A model generated the notes under the pieces. The model made no database searches and was not told where the DNA came from. It saw only the letters and a program-made list of their open reading frames with translations. The translations under genes and the position numbers were made by a program. DNA of 64,000 bases from Vicinamibacterales bacterium. Its GTDB lineage: Bacteria > Acidobacteriota > Vicinamibacteria > Vicinamibacterales > UBA8438. Shown here piece after piece: positions 43,030 to 52,635 of this stretch. The stretch is from contig OZ251506.1 in NCBI GenBank assembly GCA_965242835.1, positions 4,826,494 through 4,890,493 on the forward strand, given 5' to 3'. How positions within the stretch are numbered: the stretch's first letter is position 1; each line of letters begins with the position of its first letter.

Positions 43030-44589
43030 ATGAAGCGTCATCTGTACCTCTGGCACCGGTATCTGGGCATCGGTCTGAGCCTTGCCTTCGCCCTGTGGTT
43101 CGCCACCGGCGTGGTGATGCTCTACGCCCAGTTCCCCATCCTCACCCCCGCCGAGCGCCTTGCCGGACTCCCGGCGCTGGACCCCGCGCGCTTCAGCGTC
43201 ACTCCCGCCGCGGCGGTCGACGCGGCCGGGCTGTCGGCGCCGCCCCGGCGCATCCGCATGGGCGTGCTGCTCGACCGGCCGATCTACTACGTTCTGCCCG
43301 CCGGCCAGCCCTGGCTGGGGGTGTACGCGGATGACGGCCGAGCCCTCGCGGCGGTCGACGCGGCGACCGCCGAGCGCGTCGCGCGCCGTCACGCGCCTGC
43401 CGACGCGCAGCCCGTCTCGTTCGGCGTGGTCGAGACCATCGACCAGTGGACGCTGACCAACAGCCTCAACCTCCACCGTCCTCTCTACCGGTTCGGCCTG
43501 GACGACGACGCCGGCACCGAGTTGTACGTGTCGGCGAAGACCGGCGAGATGGTGATGCGCACGACCCGCAACGAGCGCTTGTGGTCGTGGCTGGGCGCCG
43601 TCATCCACTGGGGAGCGCCCCGGATCCTGCGCGAGCGTGTCGGCGTCTGGCGTCAGACGATGCTGTGGCTCTCGGGCGCGGGCATGGCGCTGGTTTCCAC
43701 CGGCCTCGTCGTGGGATGGCTGCGCTATCGGCGCCGCGGCTACCTGCTGAAGGGCGTCGACGCGACGCACCGCTTCGCAAGCCCCTACGTCGGCGTCAAG
43801 CGCTCTCACCACCTGGCCGGACTTGCCGCGGGCCTGGTCTGCCTGACGTGGATCACCAGCGGGTTCCTCTATCTCAATCCGGGCGGCAGCCGCCAGGGGC
43901 CGTTGTCGACCACGACGCAGATGACGCCGTACAGCATCGGCGGCGTGCGGGCATCGACGTCCGCCCGCCCGGGGCAGGCGGAGGCGATGCGCGGCGGCCC
44001 GCTCGCGGCGTCGCTCTGGGTCGACTCGCCGGCAGCCGCCTGGGAGCGGGTTCCGGCGGACGCGGCCGGCCGGCTGCCGAAGGAAGTGGAGCTGCGCCGC
44101 TTCGCCGGGCGGCCCTACTACGCATTTCTGTTCGGCGCTTTCGAGAGCGTCACCGTCGCGGCCGACGAAGAGGGTGGCGCGCCGTTCGTCCGCCATCCGA
44201 CGGAAGCGCTGGTGGCCCGGGCGCGGCAGGCCGTGCAAGGCCCGCTGACGTCCGCCGAGCTGCTCGAGAGCTACGACGCGTACTACTACTCGGTGGGCCC
44301 GGGAGCCCGGCGCCGGCTGCCCGTCCTGCGGCTCACCTTCGACGATCCCGAAACGCGCCTGATGTACGTCGACCCGCACACCGGGTCGGTGGCGCGCGCC
44401 TACGACACCCACGCCATGGTCATGCGCTGGGCGGTCACCGGCCTGCATTGCCTGGATTTCCCGTTCCTGATCCGCAACCGTCCCGCGTGGGACGTCACCA
44501 TCATCGGCCTCGGCCTCGGCGGCCTGACGCTCAGCCTGTCGGGGGTGGTGTTGAGCTGGCGGCGGGTGAGCCCGCGAAGGAGGAGGTAG
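43030..44589 (+). CDS. PepSY-associated TM helix domain protein
   Basis: 'MKRHLYLWHRYLGIGLSLAFALWFATGVVMLY', 'DQWTL', 'VTGLHCLDF'. Paralog of 13248..14828. Immediately upstream of a TonB receptor. Confidence 0.75.
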   Translation: MKRHLYLWHRYLGIGLSLAFALWFATGVVMLYAQFPILTPAERLAGLPALDPARFSVTPAAAVDAAGLSAPPRRIRMGVLLDRPIYYVLPAGQPWLGVYADDGRALAAVDAATAERVARRHAPADAQPVSFGVVETIDQWTLTNSLNLHRPLYRFGLDDDAGTELYVSAKTGEMVMRTTRNERLWSWLGAVIHWGAPRILRERVGVWRQTMLWLSGAGMALVSTGLVVGWLRYRRRGYLLKGVDATHRFASPYVGVKRSHHLAGLAAGLVCLTWITSGFLYLNPGGSRQGPLSTTTQMTPYSIGGVRASTSARPGQAEAMRGGPLAASLWVDSPAAAWERVPADAAGRLPKEVELRRFAGRPYYAFLFGAFESVTVAADEEGGAPFVRHPTEALVARARQAVQGPLTSAELLESYDAYYYSVGPGARRRLPVLRLTFDDPETRLMYVDPHTGSVARAYDTHAMVMRWAVTGLHCLDFPFLIRNRPAWDVTIIGLGLGGLTLSLSGVVLSWRRVSPRRRR

Positions 44590-44591
44590 GC

Positions 44592-46787
44592 ATGCCCGTG
44601 CGCAGCGTTCGATTCGGAATACACGCGTATCTCGGCGTGGTGTTGTCGCTGCCGGGAGCGGGCGCCGCGTCCCCGGCGGCCGCGCGGCAGGGCGCCGCCG
44701 CCGGCCCGGACGATCCGGCCGCCCCGCAACGGCGCTTCGAGGAGGTCGTCGTCACCGCCACGCTGGAGGACGAGCGCGTCAGCGACGTGCCCGTGACCAT
44801 GCAGACGTTCGATCGGGAGGAGATCGAAGAGTCCGCGGCGATGACCGTGACCGAGTTCCTCGGCGAGCGCGGCGTGGCGTTCTTCAGCACGTGGACGCCG
44901 GGCCAGACGTCGATCAACATCCGCGGCGGCGCCAGCGACGGACAGGGACGCGACTTCCGGAGCCAGGTGGTCGTGCTGATCAACGGCCGGCGCGCGGGCA
45001 CGGCCAACGTCTCCAAGCTCGGTCTCCACAACGTCGAGCGCATCGAGGTGCTGCGCGGCCCCGGGGGGCTCGTGTACGGCAGCCAGGCCCTCGGCGGCGT
45101 CATCAACCTCATCACGAAGGACGGCCTGCGGAGCCCGGGCGCCCACGTGCGCATCGGCGGCGGGTCGTGGGGACAGCTGGAGACCGTGGCCGAGTACGGC
45201 GCGTCGGTCAGCGAATGGGACTACTTCGTCAGCGCGCACGGCGGCCGGCGGGGCGACTACGAAGCCGGCGCCGGCGCGGTCGAGTCGCCGATGCGCAACA
45301 CCGCCTACCAGCAGGGCGGCGGCATGGTCGCGCTCGGCTACACGCCCAACGCCTTTCAGCGCGTGACGTTCACCGGGCGCACCGACGGCATGTACGACGC
45401 CGGCTTCCGCGGGTCGTCATGGGACTGGGACAACGACGAGAACCGTACCAACCGTTCCTTCGATCTCGTCTACAGCGGCGAAACCCCCGGCGAGCGCGTC
45501 AACTGGGAAGTGCAGACGTCGTACCTCCGGGACCTCGACGATTTCCGTTGGGGCGCCGAGGTGCGGCGAAGCAGCTCGGGGCCCATACCCGGCGTCGACC
45601 TCGACCACAATCGCCGGCAGCAGACCGGTTTCTTCCTGCGCGGGCTGACGAACGTGGAAGCGGGAGGGGGAAACAGCGTCCAGGTCGGCGTCGACCAGCA
45701 GTGGTGGCGGCTGCGCAGCACGCGGATGCGCGAACCCCTGCCCGGGAGAACGGCATCGCAGGTGGGTCCGTTCGACAACAACTCCGACAGCCGCAACCTC
45801 GGCGTGTTCGTCGAGGACGTGCAGCGCGCGCTGGACGACCGCCTCATCCTTCGCGGCGGCGTGCGCTTCGACGGCGGACGCCATCGAATCCGCGAAACCC
45901 CCAACCGCGCCAATCTGGCCGAGCGGGCCGCGAACTACGACGCCGTCACCTGGCGCGTCGGCGCCACGGTCAAGCCGACCGAAGAGCTCGCGGTCCGGTT
46001 CAACGTCCAGACGGGATACCGGGCGCCGAACGCGACCGAGCTGGCCATCGACTACACGACCGTCCTCGGCGGCCAGATCATCGGCAACCCGGACCTGGAG
46101 CCGGAACAGGCGACGAGCGCCGAAGTCGGTCTCGCGTACGAGACCGCGCGGACGTGGTTCGACCTGGCGCTGTTCCGCAACGACGTCACCAACCGGATTC
46201 AGGCCGTCGGGGATACGCGCAACGCCCTCGTCCGCATCTACCAGAACCGCGCGGAGTCGGAGCTGGTCGGGCTCGAGTTGCAGAGCGATTCCGTCCTGGC
46301 CCGGGTGGGCGACGCCACGAGCGTGAACCTCGGGATCAACGCGGCGCACCACTTCCGGATGCGCGACCTCGACGCGGCCGCGCGCAACCTCGGCACCGAC
46401 CGCATCATCCGCGTCTACGAAACGCAGGGTTCCCTGCTCCTCGGGGTGCGCAACCCGGCGTGGATGGTGCAGGTGGCCGGGACGTACCACGGACCGGTCT
46501 GGTACGACACGGAGGAGAACCTGCTGATTCCGTTCGCCGAGCCGGCGCGCGGAACGATCCACAGGAAGGGGCCCTTCACGACCTGGAACCTGCGTGGACG
46601 CTACGAACTGGGCGGCGGGTTACGGCTCACCGGCGCCGTCCGCAACCTGTTGAACAAGAACGATCACCCGTTGTTCATCGCGATCAACAGGGAGCCCCTG
46701 TTCGGCAACGCGGCGCTGTCGAACGGCGGCCTCGGCAACAGCATGCCGGGGCGCGCGTTCATCGTGGGTCTCGAGTGGCGGACGTGA
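44592..46787 (+). CDS. TonB-dependent receptor
   Basis: Plug 'VVVTAT...DVPVTMQTFDREEI...SINIRG...NGRR...ERIEVLRGPGGLVYGSQALGGVINLITK'. The C-terminus '...GLEWRT' lacks the usual terminal aromatic. Confidence 0.8.
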   Translation: MPVRSVRFGIHAYLGVVLSLPGAGAASPAAARQGAAAGPDDPAAPQRRFEEVVVTATLEDERVSDVPVTMQTFDREEIEESAAMTVTEFLGERGVAFFSTWTPGQTSINIRGGASDGQGRDFRSQVVVLINGRRAGTANVSKLGLHNVERIEVLRGPGGLVYGSQALGGVINLITKDGLRSPGAHVRIGGGSWGQLETVAEYGASVSEWDYFVSAHGGRRGDYEAGAGAVESPMRNTAYQQGGGMVALGYTPNAFQRVTFTGRTDGMYDAGFRGSSWDWDNDENRTNRSFDLVYSGETPGERVNWEVQTSYLRDLDDFRWGAEVRRSSSGPIPGVDLDHNRRQQTGFFLRGLTNVEAGGGNSVQVGVDQQWWRLRSTRMREPLPGRTASQVGPFDNNSDSRNLGVFVEDVQRALDDRLILRGGVRFDGGRHRIRETPNRANLAERAANYDAVTWRVGATVKPTEELAVRFNVQTGYRAPNATELAIDYTTVLGGQIIGNPDLEPEQATSAEVGLAYETARTWFDLALFRNDVTNRIQAVGDTRNALVRIYQNRAESELVGLELQSDSVLARVGDATSVNLGINAAHHFRMRDLDAAARNLGTDRIIRVYETQGSLLLGVRNPAWMVQVAGTYHGPVWYDTEENLLIPFAEPARGTIHRKGPFTTWNLRGRYELGGGLRLTGAVRNLLNKNDHPLFIAINREPLFGNAALSNGGLGNSMPGRAFIVGLEWRT

Positions 46788-46988
46788 CACCGTCCGCCCC
46801 GGCCGGCCGTCCAGCGAACCGGCGGAGGCGCCGGCCGCCGCGCCGAGGGCGCCGCGGCCGCGGCAGAACACTTCACCCACCTTCCGCGGCATGGGCCGCA
46901 ACGACAACCTGCTCCGACCGCTCCCGCGGTCCCCGAGTCGGCGCATACCGGCGGCGCCTGGAGCGGGAGCCGTACCCGGGTCCGACGA

Positions 46989-47657
46989 CTACCGCGCGGC
47001 CGATTGCGCGGCCAGGTCGAGACTCCATTCCGACAGGACGGCGTGCCGCGGCCGCCAGACCGCGCCGAACCGGCGCCGCTCGAACTGGTACGCCCCCGTG
47101 AAGGAATGCCCGGACCCGAAACGCCAGCGGAACCCGACGCGGGACCGGGACCGCACGAAACCGCGGCGTTCGAAGGCCACCGACTGGTAGAGCCACGGCG
47201 ACACCCGGGCGCGCGGACGCTCCACTTCCACCTGCTGGCGGTAGCGGTTGAAGTCTCCGTCGTCCCGCCGGCCGACGTGGCGTTCGTAGAGCGTCGCGCC
47301 CTCCATCCGGACGCCCCGCCTCAGCAGCGGATACGTCAACGCGGCGCGCAGGCGATGATCCCGGCCGAAGCCGGAGCCGGAGCCGGTCCGGGTCCGGTGG
47401 AGCAGGACGTAGCCGAGCGAGAGGCTTGCGGCGCTGTTCGGCGCGAACTCCACGTCGGTCATGACGCGCCGGTCGTACACGCTGGCCAGCGCGTCTCGAA
47501 CGCGGGCCACGCCGCCGACGGTCCAGGCGATCCGGTCGGACGCGAGGACGCCCAGCTCGATCTCCGTCCAGGACTGCACGTCGTCGGCCGCGGCCGGACG
47601 CGCCCCGAGCAGGAGCAGGCCCAGGGCCATGACGCTCGAGACGCAAGTCCTGCGCAT
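46989..47657 (-). CDS. Outer-membrane beta-barrel-like protein (DUF2490-like)
   Basis: Signal 'MRRTCVSSVMALGLLLLGARPAAA'. Alternating-residue strands and C-terminal aromatic-rich strands. Confidence 0.45.
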   Translation of the reverse strand: MRRTCVSSVMALGLLLLGARPAAADDVQSWTEIELGVLASDRIAWTVGGVARVRDALASVYDRRVMTDVEFAPNSAASLSLGYVLLHRTRTGSGSGFGRDHRLRAALTYPLLRRGVRMEGATLYERHVGRRDDGDFNRYRQQVEVERPRARVSPWLYQSVAFERRGFVRSRSRVGFRWRFGSGHSFTGAYQFERRRFGAVWRPRHAVLSEWSLDLAAQSAAR

Positions 47658-47741
47658 GGCTCCTGCCCCATCCGCCGCCAGCATCGGCGGCGTCGCCCGC
47701 CCATGACGCTCGAGACGCAAGTCCTGCGCATGGCTCCTGCC
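47627..47741 (-). repeat. 41-nt direct repeat (74-nt period) duplicating RBS, start codon and first codons of the adjacent gene
   Basis: CCATGACGCTCGAGACGCAAGTCCTGCGCATGGCTCCTGCC occurs at 47627-47667 and 47701-47741. Confidence 0.9.
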
Positions 47742-47906
47742 GCGGCCGGCGCGGCGGCGGCCGAGGTTCGGGCAGGTGTCGCGAGGACGGCGCAGTCGAT
47801 CAGGCGCGCCCTGTCCATAACCCGGGAGAGCGGGAACGGGCCGCCGCGGTGGTCCACGGCGGCCCGCTCCGTCCGTTCCGGTGCGCGGGAACGGCGCTCG
47901 CGCCGG

Positions 47907-48371
47907 CTACTTGAGGTGGGAGTAGTCGCTGGAGCTCAGCATGAAGACCTCGATCCCCTCCAGCGGGGCCGGGTACTTCGCCCGCAGCTCGTGCCACTCG
48001 GGATCGTCGCGGAACCCGGCCCACACCTCTTCCCGGTGCGCGCGGTCGCGATAGGCCAGCATCCAGACCAGGCGGTTCGGATCGTCGAGGTTCTGCCAGA
48101 CGGCGACGATCTCGGCGCCGTGCTTCTCGAAGATGGCGACTTCGCCCTCGCGGAACCGCTGGTGCAGCTCGTCGATGCCGCCCTTGCCGTCCTCCGGCGG
48201 TCTGGCCGTGTACATGCGGATCTCGAAGCAGCGCGCGTCGGCGCCCACGTTGTTCGACAGCTCGGCCGGCAACTGCGCGGCCGGGCCGCACGGCGCGGGC
48301 GGGTCCTGCTCGGCGGCGGCCACGCCGAGGAGACTGAAACCGACGACGACGGCGAGTGCGAATGTGCGCAT
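47907..48371 (-). CDS. NIPSNAP-family protein, secreted
   Basis: 'CFEIRMYTARP...FEKHGAEIVAVWQNLDDPNRLVWMLAYRDRAHREEVWAGFRDDPEW'. Confidence 0.6.
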   Translation of the reverse strand: MRTFALAVVVGFSLLGVAAAEQDPPAPCGPAAQLPAELSNNVGADARCFEIRMYTARPPEDGKGGIDELHQRFREGEVAIFEKHGAEIVAVWQNLDDPNRLVWMLAYRDRAHREEVWAGFRDDPEWHELRAKYPAPLEGIEVFMLSSSDYSHLK

Positions 48372-48481
48372 CACGATCCCCCTCCGGGAAGTTCCGGGTT
48401 CGGCGCCGCGGCCGGCTCCGCGCGCTCGCGGACGCCGCGCGGCGCGTGTCGGACGGCATTGTAACGGCAGGCGGTTCCGCC

Positions 48482-49603
48482 CTACCAATCGGGCGCGCTC
48501 AGCCGGTTCCAGAACACGCGGGTGCGGACCTGCCGCCCGCCGGCCGTCGAGACCGGCGGCGTCAGGACGAGCCGTTCGCCGCGGAACTCGAAGGCGCGGA
48601 GCGCGTCGCCCCCGATGCGGCCGGGGTCGAGATGGCCCGCGAGGTGGTGCACGACGACGCCCTCGTCGGCGTCGACGCGGAACGGACCGAAGTAGCTGGC
48701 GTAGCTCCGCAGCGCCGCGTGCGCCTCGAGGTCCGTCGGCCGCGGCCCCTCCCAGGGCCGGCGGTCCGGGCGCATCAGGTGAACCGCCATGTACCCCGAC
48801 GGCATGTAGACGAGATAGCCGGCCGCGAACCGCTCCGCCGGGACTTCCGCGCCGTCGACGGTTCGGCGCTCGAGGCGGTCGATCTCCCAGAATCCGAGGA
48901 ACGGCCGCGCCGCGCCGCCGGCCTCGGCCGACGGCGGAAGCCGCTCCCAGACGGTGCGCAACTGAACGCCGGTGGTGCCGTAGGCGCAACCGCGATCCCG
49001 GACGTACGAATCGGGGCACCGCAGGCCGGGCGAGAGCACGAGTCGATCGCCGTCGAACTCGTAGAACGGCTCGAGCCGGCCGCCGGTCAGGCGCGGATTG
49101 AGGCTGCCGAGCAATTGCTGCGCCACGAAGCCCCGCGCCTCGTTCAGCGCATAGGGACCGAAGCGCGAGGCGTACCGCTCGACGGCGCCCGCCGCGTCGT
49201 CCGGCGCGGCGCCGCCGTCCGCGCCGGCCGCCGGGGCTTCCTCCTGCATGACGAACGCCAGGCGCTCGCCGTCGGCCATCAGGAAACCGAGGGTCGGAGC
49301 CAGGCCGATCGTCGGGTGCATGAGGTCGGACAGCGGCGCCCCGGCCTGATCGAAGCGCTCGATCCGCTCCAGCCTCCACGTTCCCGCCAGAGGCGCGCCC
49401 GGATCGAAGTCGGCGGCCGACTCGGCGGCGGCGGACGCATCGGGCGCGTCCGTGTCCGCCGGCGCCGGGCCGACGCAGGCGCCGGGCGCTCCCGCGAGAA
49501 TCCCGATCGCCGCGGCGCGCGCGAGGAACCGGAACGCGGCGTCCTCCCCTGTCGTCCTCCGTCCACTCCAGCAGGAAAGGCGGGCGCGGGCGTGACGGAT
49601 CAT
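48482..49603 (-). CDS. Tandem lipocalin-like domain protein
   Basis: Two 'G(T/F)W.(L/I).R.ER' lipocalin-like starts ('LAGTWRLERIERFDQAG', 'FLGFWEIDRLERRTVDG'). Start uncertain (49603 or 49618). Confidence 0.5.
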   Translation of the reverse strand: MIRHARARLSCWSGRRTTGEDAAFRFLARAAAIGILAGAPGACVGPAPADTDAPDASAAAESAADFDPGAPLAGTWRLERIERFDQAGAPLSDLMHPTIGLAPTLGFLMADGERLAFVMQEEAPAAGADGGAAPDDAAGAVERYASRFGPYALNEARGFVAQQLLGSLNPRLTGGRLEPFYEFDGDRLVLSPGLRCPDSYVRDRGCAYGTTGVQLRTVWERLPPSAEAGGAARPFLGFWEIDRLERRTVDGAEVPAERFAAGYLVYMPSGYMAVHLMRPDRRPWEGPRPTDLEAHAALRSYASYFGPFRVDADEGVVVHHLAGHLDPGRIGGDALRAFEFRGERLVLTPPVSTAGGRQVRTRVFWNRLSAPDW

Positions 49604-49760
49604 CCTCTCGATTTCCATGAAGTGGAAAATATACAAGGATTCCACCGACGTGGGGGCACGCGGGGCACGCGGCGGATCGCCCGGGCGGCCGCGGGCGCGG
49701 AGACGTACAATGGCCGCGACGTTCGTCTCGGGCGGAAACGGAACCAGGGGGAGGAAACCC

Positions 49761-51011
49761 ATGCGCGCGACCGTGGCAGGGCTGGCCGTCGTTCTGGCGC
49801 TGATCACCGGCTCGGGTCCGGGAGCCGCCGTCTCCGGTCAGCAACCCGCGGGGGACGACCCGATCGCGGTCCTCGTCGGCCGCCTCGACCTCGAACGCTA
49901 CAAGGCCGTCATCAAGGGGCTGACGCGGTTCGGCGACCGGCGGCAGGGCACGCGGCGCAACCGCGACGCCGTCGACTGGATCGAGTCGTGGCTCGAGGCG
50001 GCGGGGTGTCCCACCGAGCGCCTGCGCTACACCTACGACCCGCCGCCGCGGCCGGCCGGCGCGGCGCGGCGGCGCGCCCGGGGGCCGCTGAACCCGGCCG
50101 GGCCGACCCCGACCGGCGGACGCATCGGGCGCAACGGGAGCGGTCCCGGCGGCAGCTCCATCTTCGGTTACCGCGGCCGCACCGGCGTGGTCCGCGACCC
50201 GGCGCTGCAGCCGGACGAAGCGCTGCGCGCGCTCAACCTCGAGGAGCCGGTCAACGGCGGCCGATCCCAGGTGTACTGCACCACGGTGGGGACCGCGCGG
50301 CCCGGCGAGATGTACATCCTGGGCGCGCACATGGACGGGCACGGCTTCGGCGAGGCGGCCGACGACGACGCTTCCGGCACGGCGCTGGTGATGGAGCTGG
50401 CGCGCATCTTCAGCGCGCCGGACGTGCGGACGGAAGTCTCGATCCGCTTCGCCCTCTGGAACGACGAGGAGACCGGGCTCAACGGCAGCCGGGCCTACGT
50501 GGAGCAGCGGCGCGGGCGGCAGGGCGTCGAGGATCCGCCCGGCTCCGGCCTGTACCCCGAGCCGCGCTGGCTCGGCATGATCCAGCACGACATGATGCTG
50601 TTCGACCACGGCGCGCCGGGGCCGGACGGCGTCGTCAGCCGCGACCAGCGGCGCGAAGCGGACGTGAACGTCGAGTTCCAGTCGAACTCGGAGCTCGCCG
50701 CCGAGTCGCGCGAGCTCGCGTTCCGCTTCAAGGCGGCCAACGACGCGTACGCCACCGACTACCCCGCCGCGGTCGGCCCCCACATGACCAACACCGACTC
50801 GACGCCGTTCATGAACCTGACGCCGTCGATCAGCCTGCGGGAGAACGAGCGCGGCATGCACCTCGGGGCCGGCTGGAACCCGCACTGGCATCAGCCGACC
50901 GACCTCTACGACACCTACACGGACGACGACTTCCGGCTCGGGCTGAACGCGGCGCAGACCACGCTGGCCGCCGTCGCCGCGCTGGCCGGGGCGAGCGTCG
51001 ACGGCCCCTGA
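49761..51011 (+). CDS. M28-family metallopeptidase, secreted
   Basis: ATG at 49761 after GGGGGAGG. 'ILGAHMDGHGFGEAADDDASG', 'ALWNDEETGLNGS'. Confidence 0.75.
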   Translation: MRATVAGLAVVLALITGSGPGAAVSGQQPAGDDPIAVLVGRLDLERYKAVIKGLTRFGDRRQGTRRNRDAVDWIESWLEAAGCPTERLRYTYDPPPRPAGAARRRARGPLNPAGPTPTGGRIGRNGSGPGGSSIFGYRGRTGVVRDPALQPDEALRALNLEEPVNGGRSQVYCTTVGTARPGEMYILGAHMDGHGFGEAADDDASGTALVMELARIFSAPDVRTEVSIRFALWNDEETGLNGSRAYVEQRRGRQGVEDPPGSGLYPEPRWLGMIQHDMMLFDHGAPGPDGVVSRDQRREADVNVEFQSNSELAAESRELAFRFKAANDAYATDYPAAVGPHMTNTDSTPFMNLTPSISLRENERGMHLGAGWNPHWHQPTDLYDTYTDDDFRLGLNAAQTTLAAVAALAGASVDGP

Positions 51012-51103
51012 CGACTTCGCTCTCCGCCCGCGGAGGTCACGAACGTGTGCGGCCGTCGCTCGCGGCGCAGGCTCACGGCCGGCGATCGCCCTTTCCTGCC
51101 TCC

Positions 51104-51865
51104 TTACGGATGCCGCCAGCGCAGCAGGCGGCGCTCGATCCGTTCGGCGCAGGCGAACAGCAGCAGGACGACGACCATGACGACGAGAATCAGGGCGATG
51201 GTCAGCGCGGCGTTGTAGGTGCTCTGCGCGAACTGCAGCAGATAGCCCAGGCCCCGGCTGGAGGCGACGAACTCGCCCACCACCGCGCCGGTGAAGGCGA
51301 ACCCCACCGCGACCCGGAAACTTCCGAGCACGCGGCTCGTCACCGCCGGCACGTACACCTCGCGCACCAGCGTCCGCTGTCCGCCGCCCAGGGTGCGGAC
51401 CCGCTCGACCAGCCGCCGGTCCACGTCGCGGACGCCGTTGCAGACCGCGAAGAAGACGAGCACCGCCACGAGGATCGCGGCGAGCGCCAGCTTCGACGCC
51501 AGCCCGATGCCGAGCCAGATGACGAACAGCGGCGCCAGCACGACGCGGGGGATCGCGTTGAGCAGGATCATCACGGGCTCGAGCACGTCGGAGACCAGCG
51601 GCGTCAGGGCGGCCGCGAAGCCGAGCGCGACGCCGAGCACGAGGCCGGCGAGCAGCCCGGCGAACGCGGCGGACGCGGTCGCGCCCAGGTGCGGCCACAG
51701 GTCGCCGCCGGCGGCGAGGGTGAACAGGACCTCCGCGACGGCCGCCGGCGGAGGCGCGTAGAACGGGTCGAGGACGCCCGCGCGGGACGCCGCCTCCCAC
51801 GCCGCCAGCAGGAGCAGCAGCGCGGCGCCGCGGCGGACCGGCGGAGACCGGAACTTCTCCTTCAT
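51104..51865 (-). CDS. ABC transporter permease (NitT/TauT family)
   Basis: 6 TM-like segments. 'LLNAIPRVVLAPLFVIWLG', EAA-like 'RVRTLGGGQRTLVREV'. Confidence 0.8.
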   Translation of the reverse strand: MKEKFRSPPVRRGAALLLLLAAWEAASRAGVLDPFYAPPPAAVAEVLFTLAAGGDLWPHLGATASAAFAGLLAGLVLGVALGFAAALTPLVSDVLEPVMILLNAIPRVVLAPLFVIWLGIGLASKLALAAILVAVLVFFAVCNGVRDVDRRLVERVRTLGGGQRTLVREVYVPAVTSRVLGSFRVAVGFAFTGAVVGEFVASSRGLGYLLQFAQSTYNAALTIALILVVMVVVLLLFACAERIERRLLRWRHP

Positions 51866-52623
51866 GACGGGTTCGACTCCCGGGCCGGCTCCGCGGACCG
51901 CCCGGCCAACCCGGCCCACAGGGTCCGCAGCAGCGGTCCGAAGGCCGGGTGGCCGCGCGCCTCGAGCACCCGCCGGGGCCGGGGGATCCCGACGCGGTGG
52001 CTGGCGCGGATCGCGGCGCGCGGTCCGTGGCCCAGCACGTGCACCACGTCGGAGGCGGCGATCGCCTCCTCGAGGTCGTGCGTGACCAGCAGCACGGTGA
52101 GCCGCTCGCGCTCGACCCACTCCAGCAGCTCCTGGGTGATGCGCATCCGGACGATGGCGTCGAGCGCGGCGAACGGCTCGTCCATCAGCAGCAGCCGGGG
52201 CCGCAGCGCCAGCACCTGGGCGATGGCCACCCGCTTGCGCTGCCCGCCGGAGAGCTGCCCCGGATAGCGGCCGCCGTAGCCGGCCAGCCCCAGCACCTTC
52301 AGCCAGTGCTCGGCCCGCTCGCCGGCCGCGTCCGGCGCGAACTGCCGGATGCGCAGCCCCAGGGCCACGTTCTGGCGCGCCGTGCGCCACGGCAGCAGGG
52401 CGTCGTCCTGGAACAGAAAGCCCACGTCGCGCGCCCCGACGTCGACGTCGACCGTGCCGCGCAGCGGTTCCAGCAGCCCCGTCACCACCCGCAGGATGCT
52501 CGTCTTGCCGGATCCGGAGGGTCCGACGAGGGCGGCGAACTCCCCCGCCGCCACGTCGAGATCGATGCTCTCGAGGACCGGCTCCGCGCCGTAGCCGACC
52601 GCCAGCCCGCGGACCCGCAGCAT
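51862..52623 (-). CDS. ABC transporter ATP-binding protein
   Basis: Walker A 'GPSGSGKTS', signature 'LSGGQRKRVAIA', Walker B 'LLLMDEPF'. Confidence 0.9.
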   Translation of the reverse strand: MLRVRGLAVGYGAEPVLESIDLDVAAGEFAALVGPSGSGKTSILRVVTGLLEPLRGTVDVDVGARDVGFLFQDDALLPWRTARQNVALGLRIRQFAPDAAGERAEHWLKVLGLAGYGGRYPGQLSGGQRKRVAIAQVLALRPRLLLMDEPFAALDAIVRMRITQELLEWVERERLTVLLVTHDLEEAIAASDVVHVLGHGPRAAIRASHRVGIPRPRRVLEARGHPAFGPLLRTLWAGLAGRSAEPARESNPS

Positions 52624-52635
52624 CGGTCGTCGGCG

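Noticed and set aside
47907-52267. Two giant ORFs (47907..51800 minus, 1297 aa; 48356..52267 plus, 1303 aa)
   Set aside because: Each reads through several well-supported shorter genes on both strands (NIPSNAP, lipocalin-like, M28 peptidase, ABC permease). Only the first ~154 codons of the minus ORF's frame near 47907-48371 correspond to a real gene.
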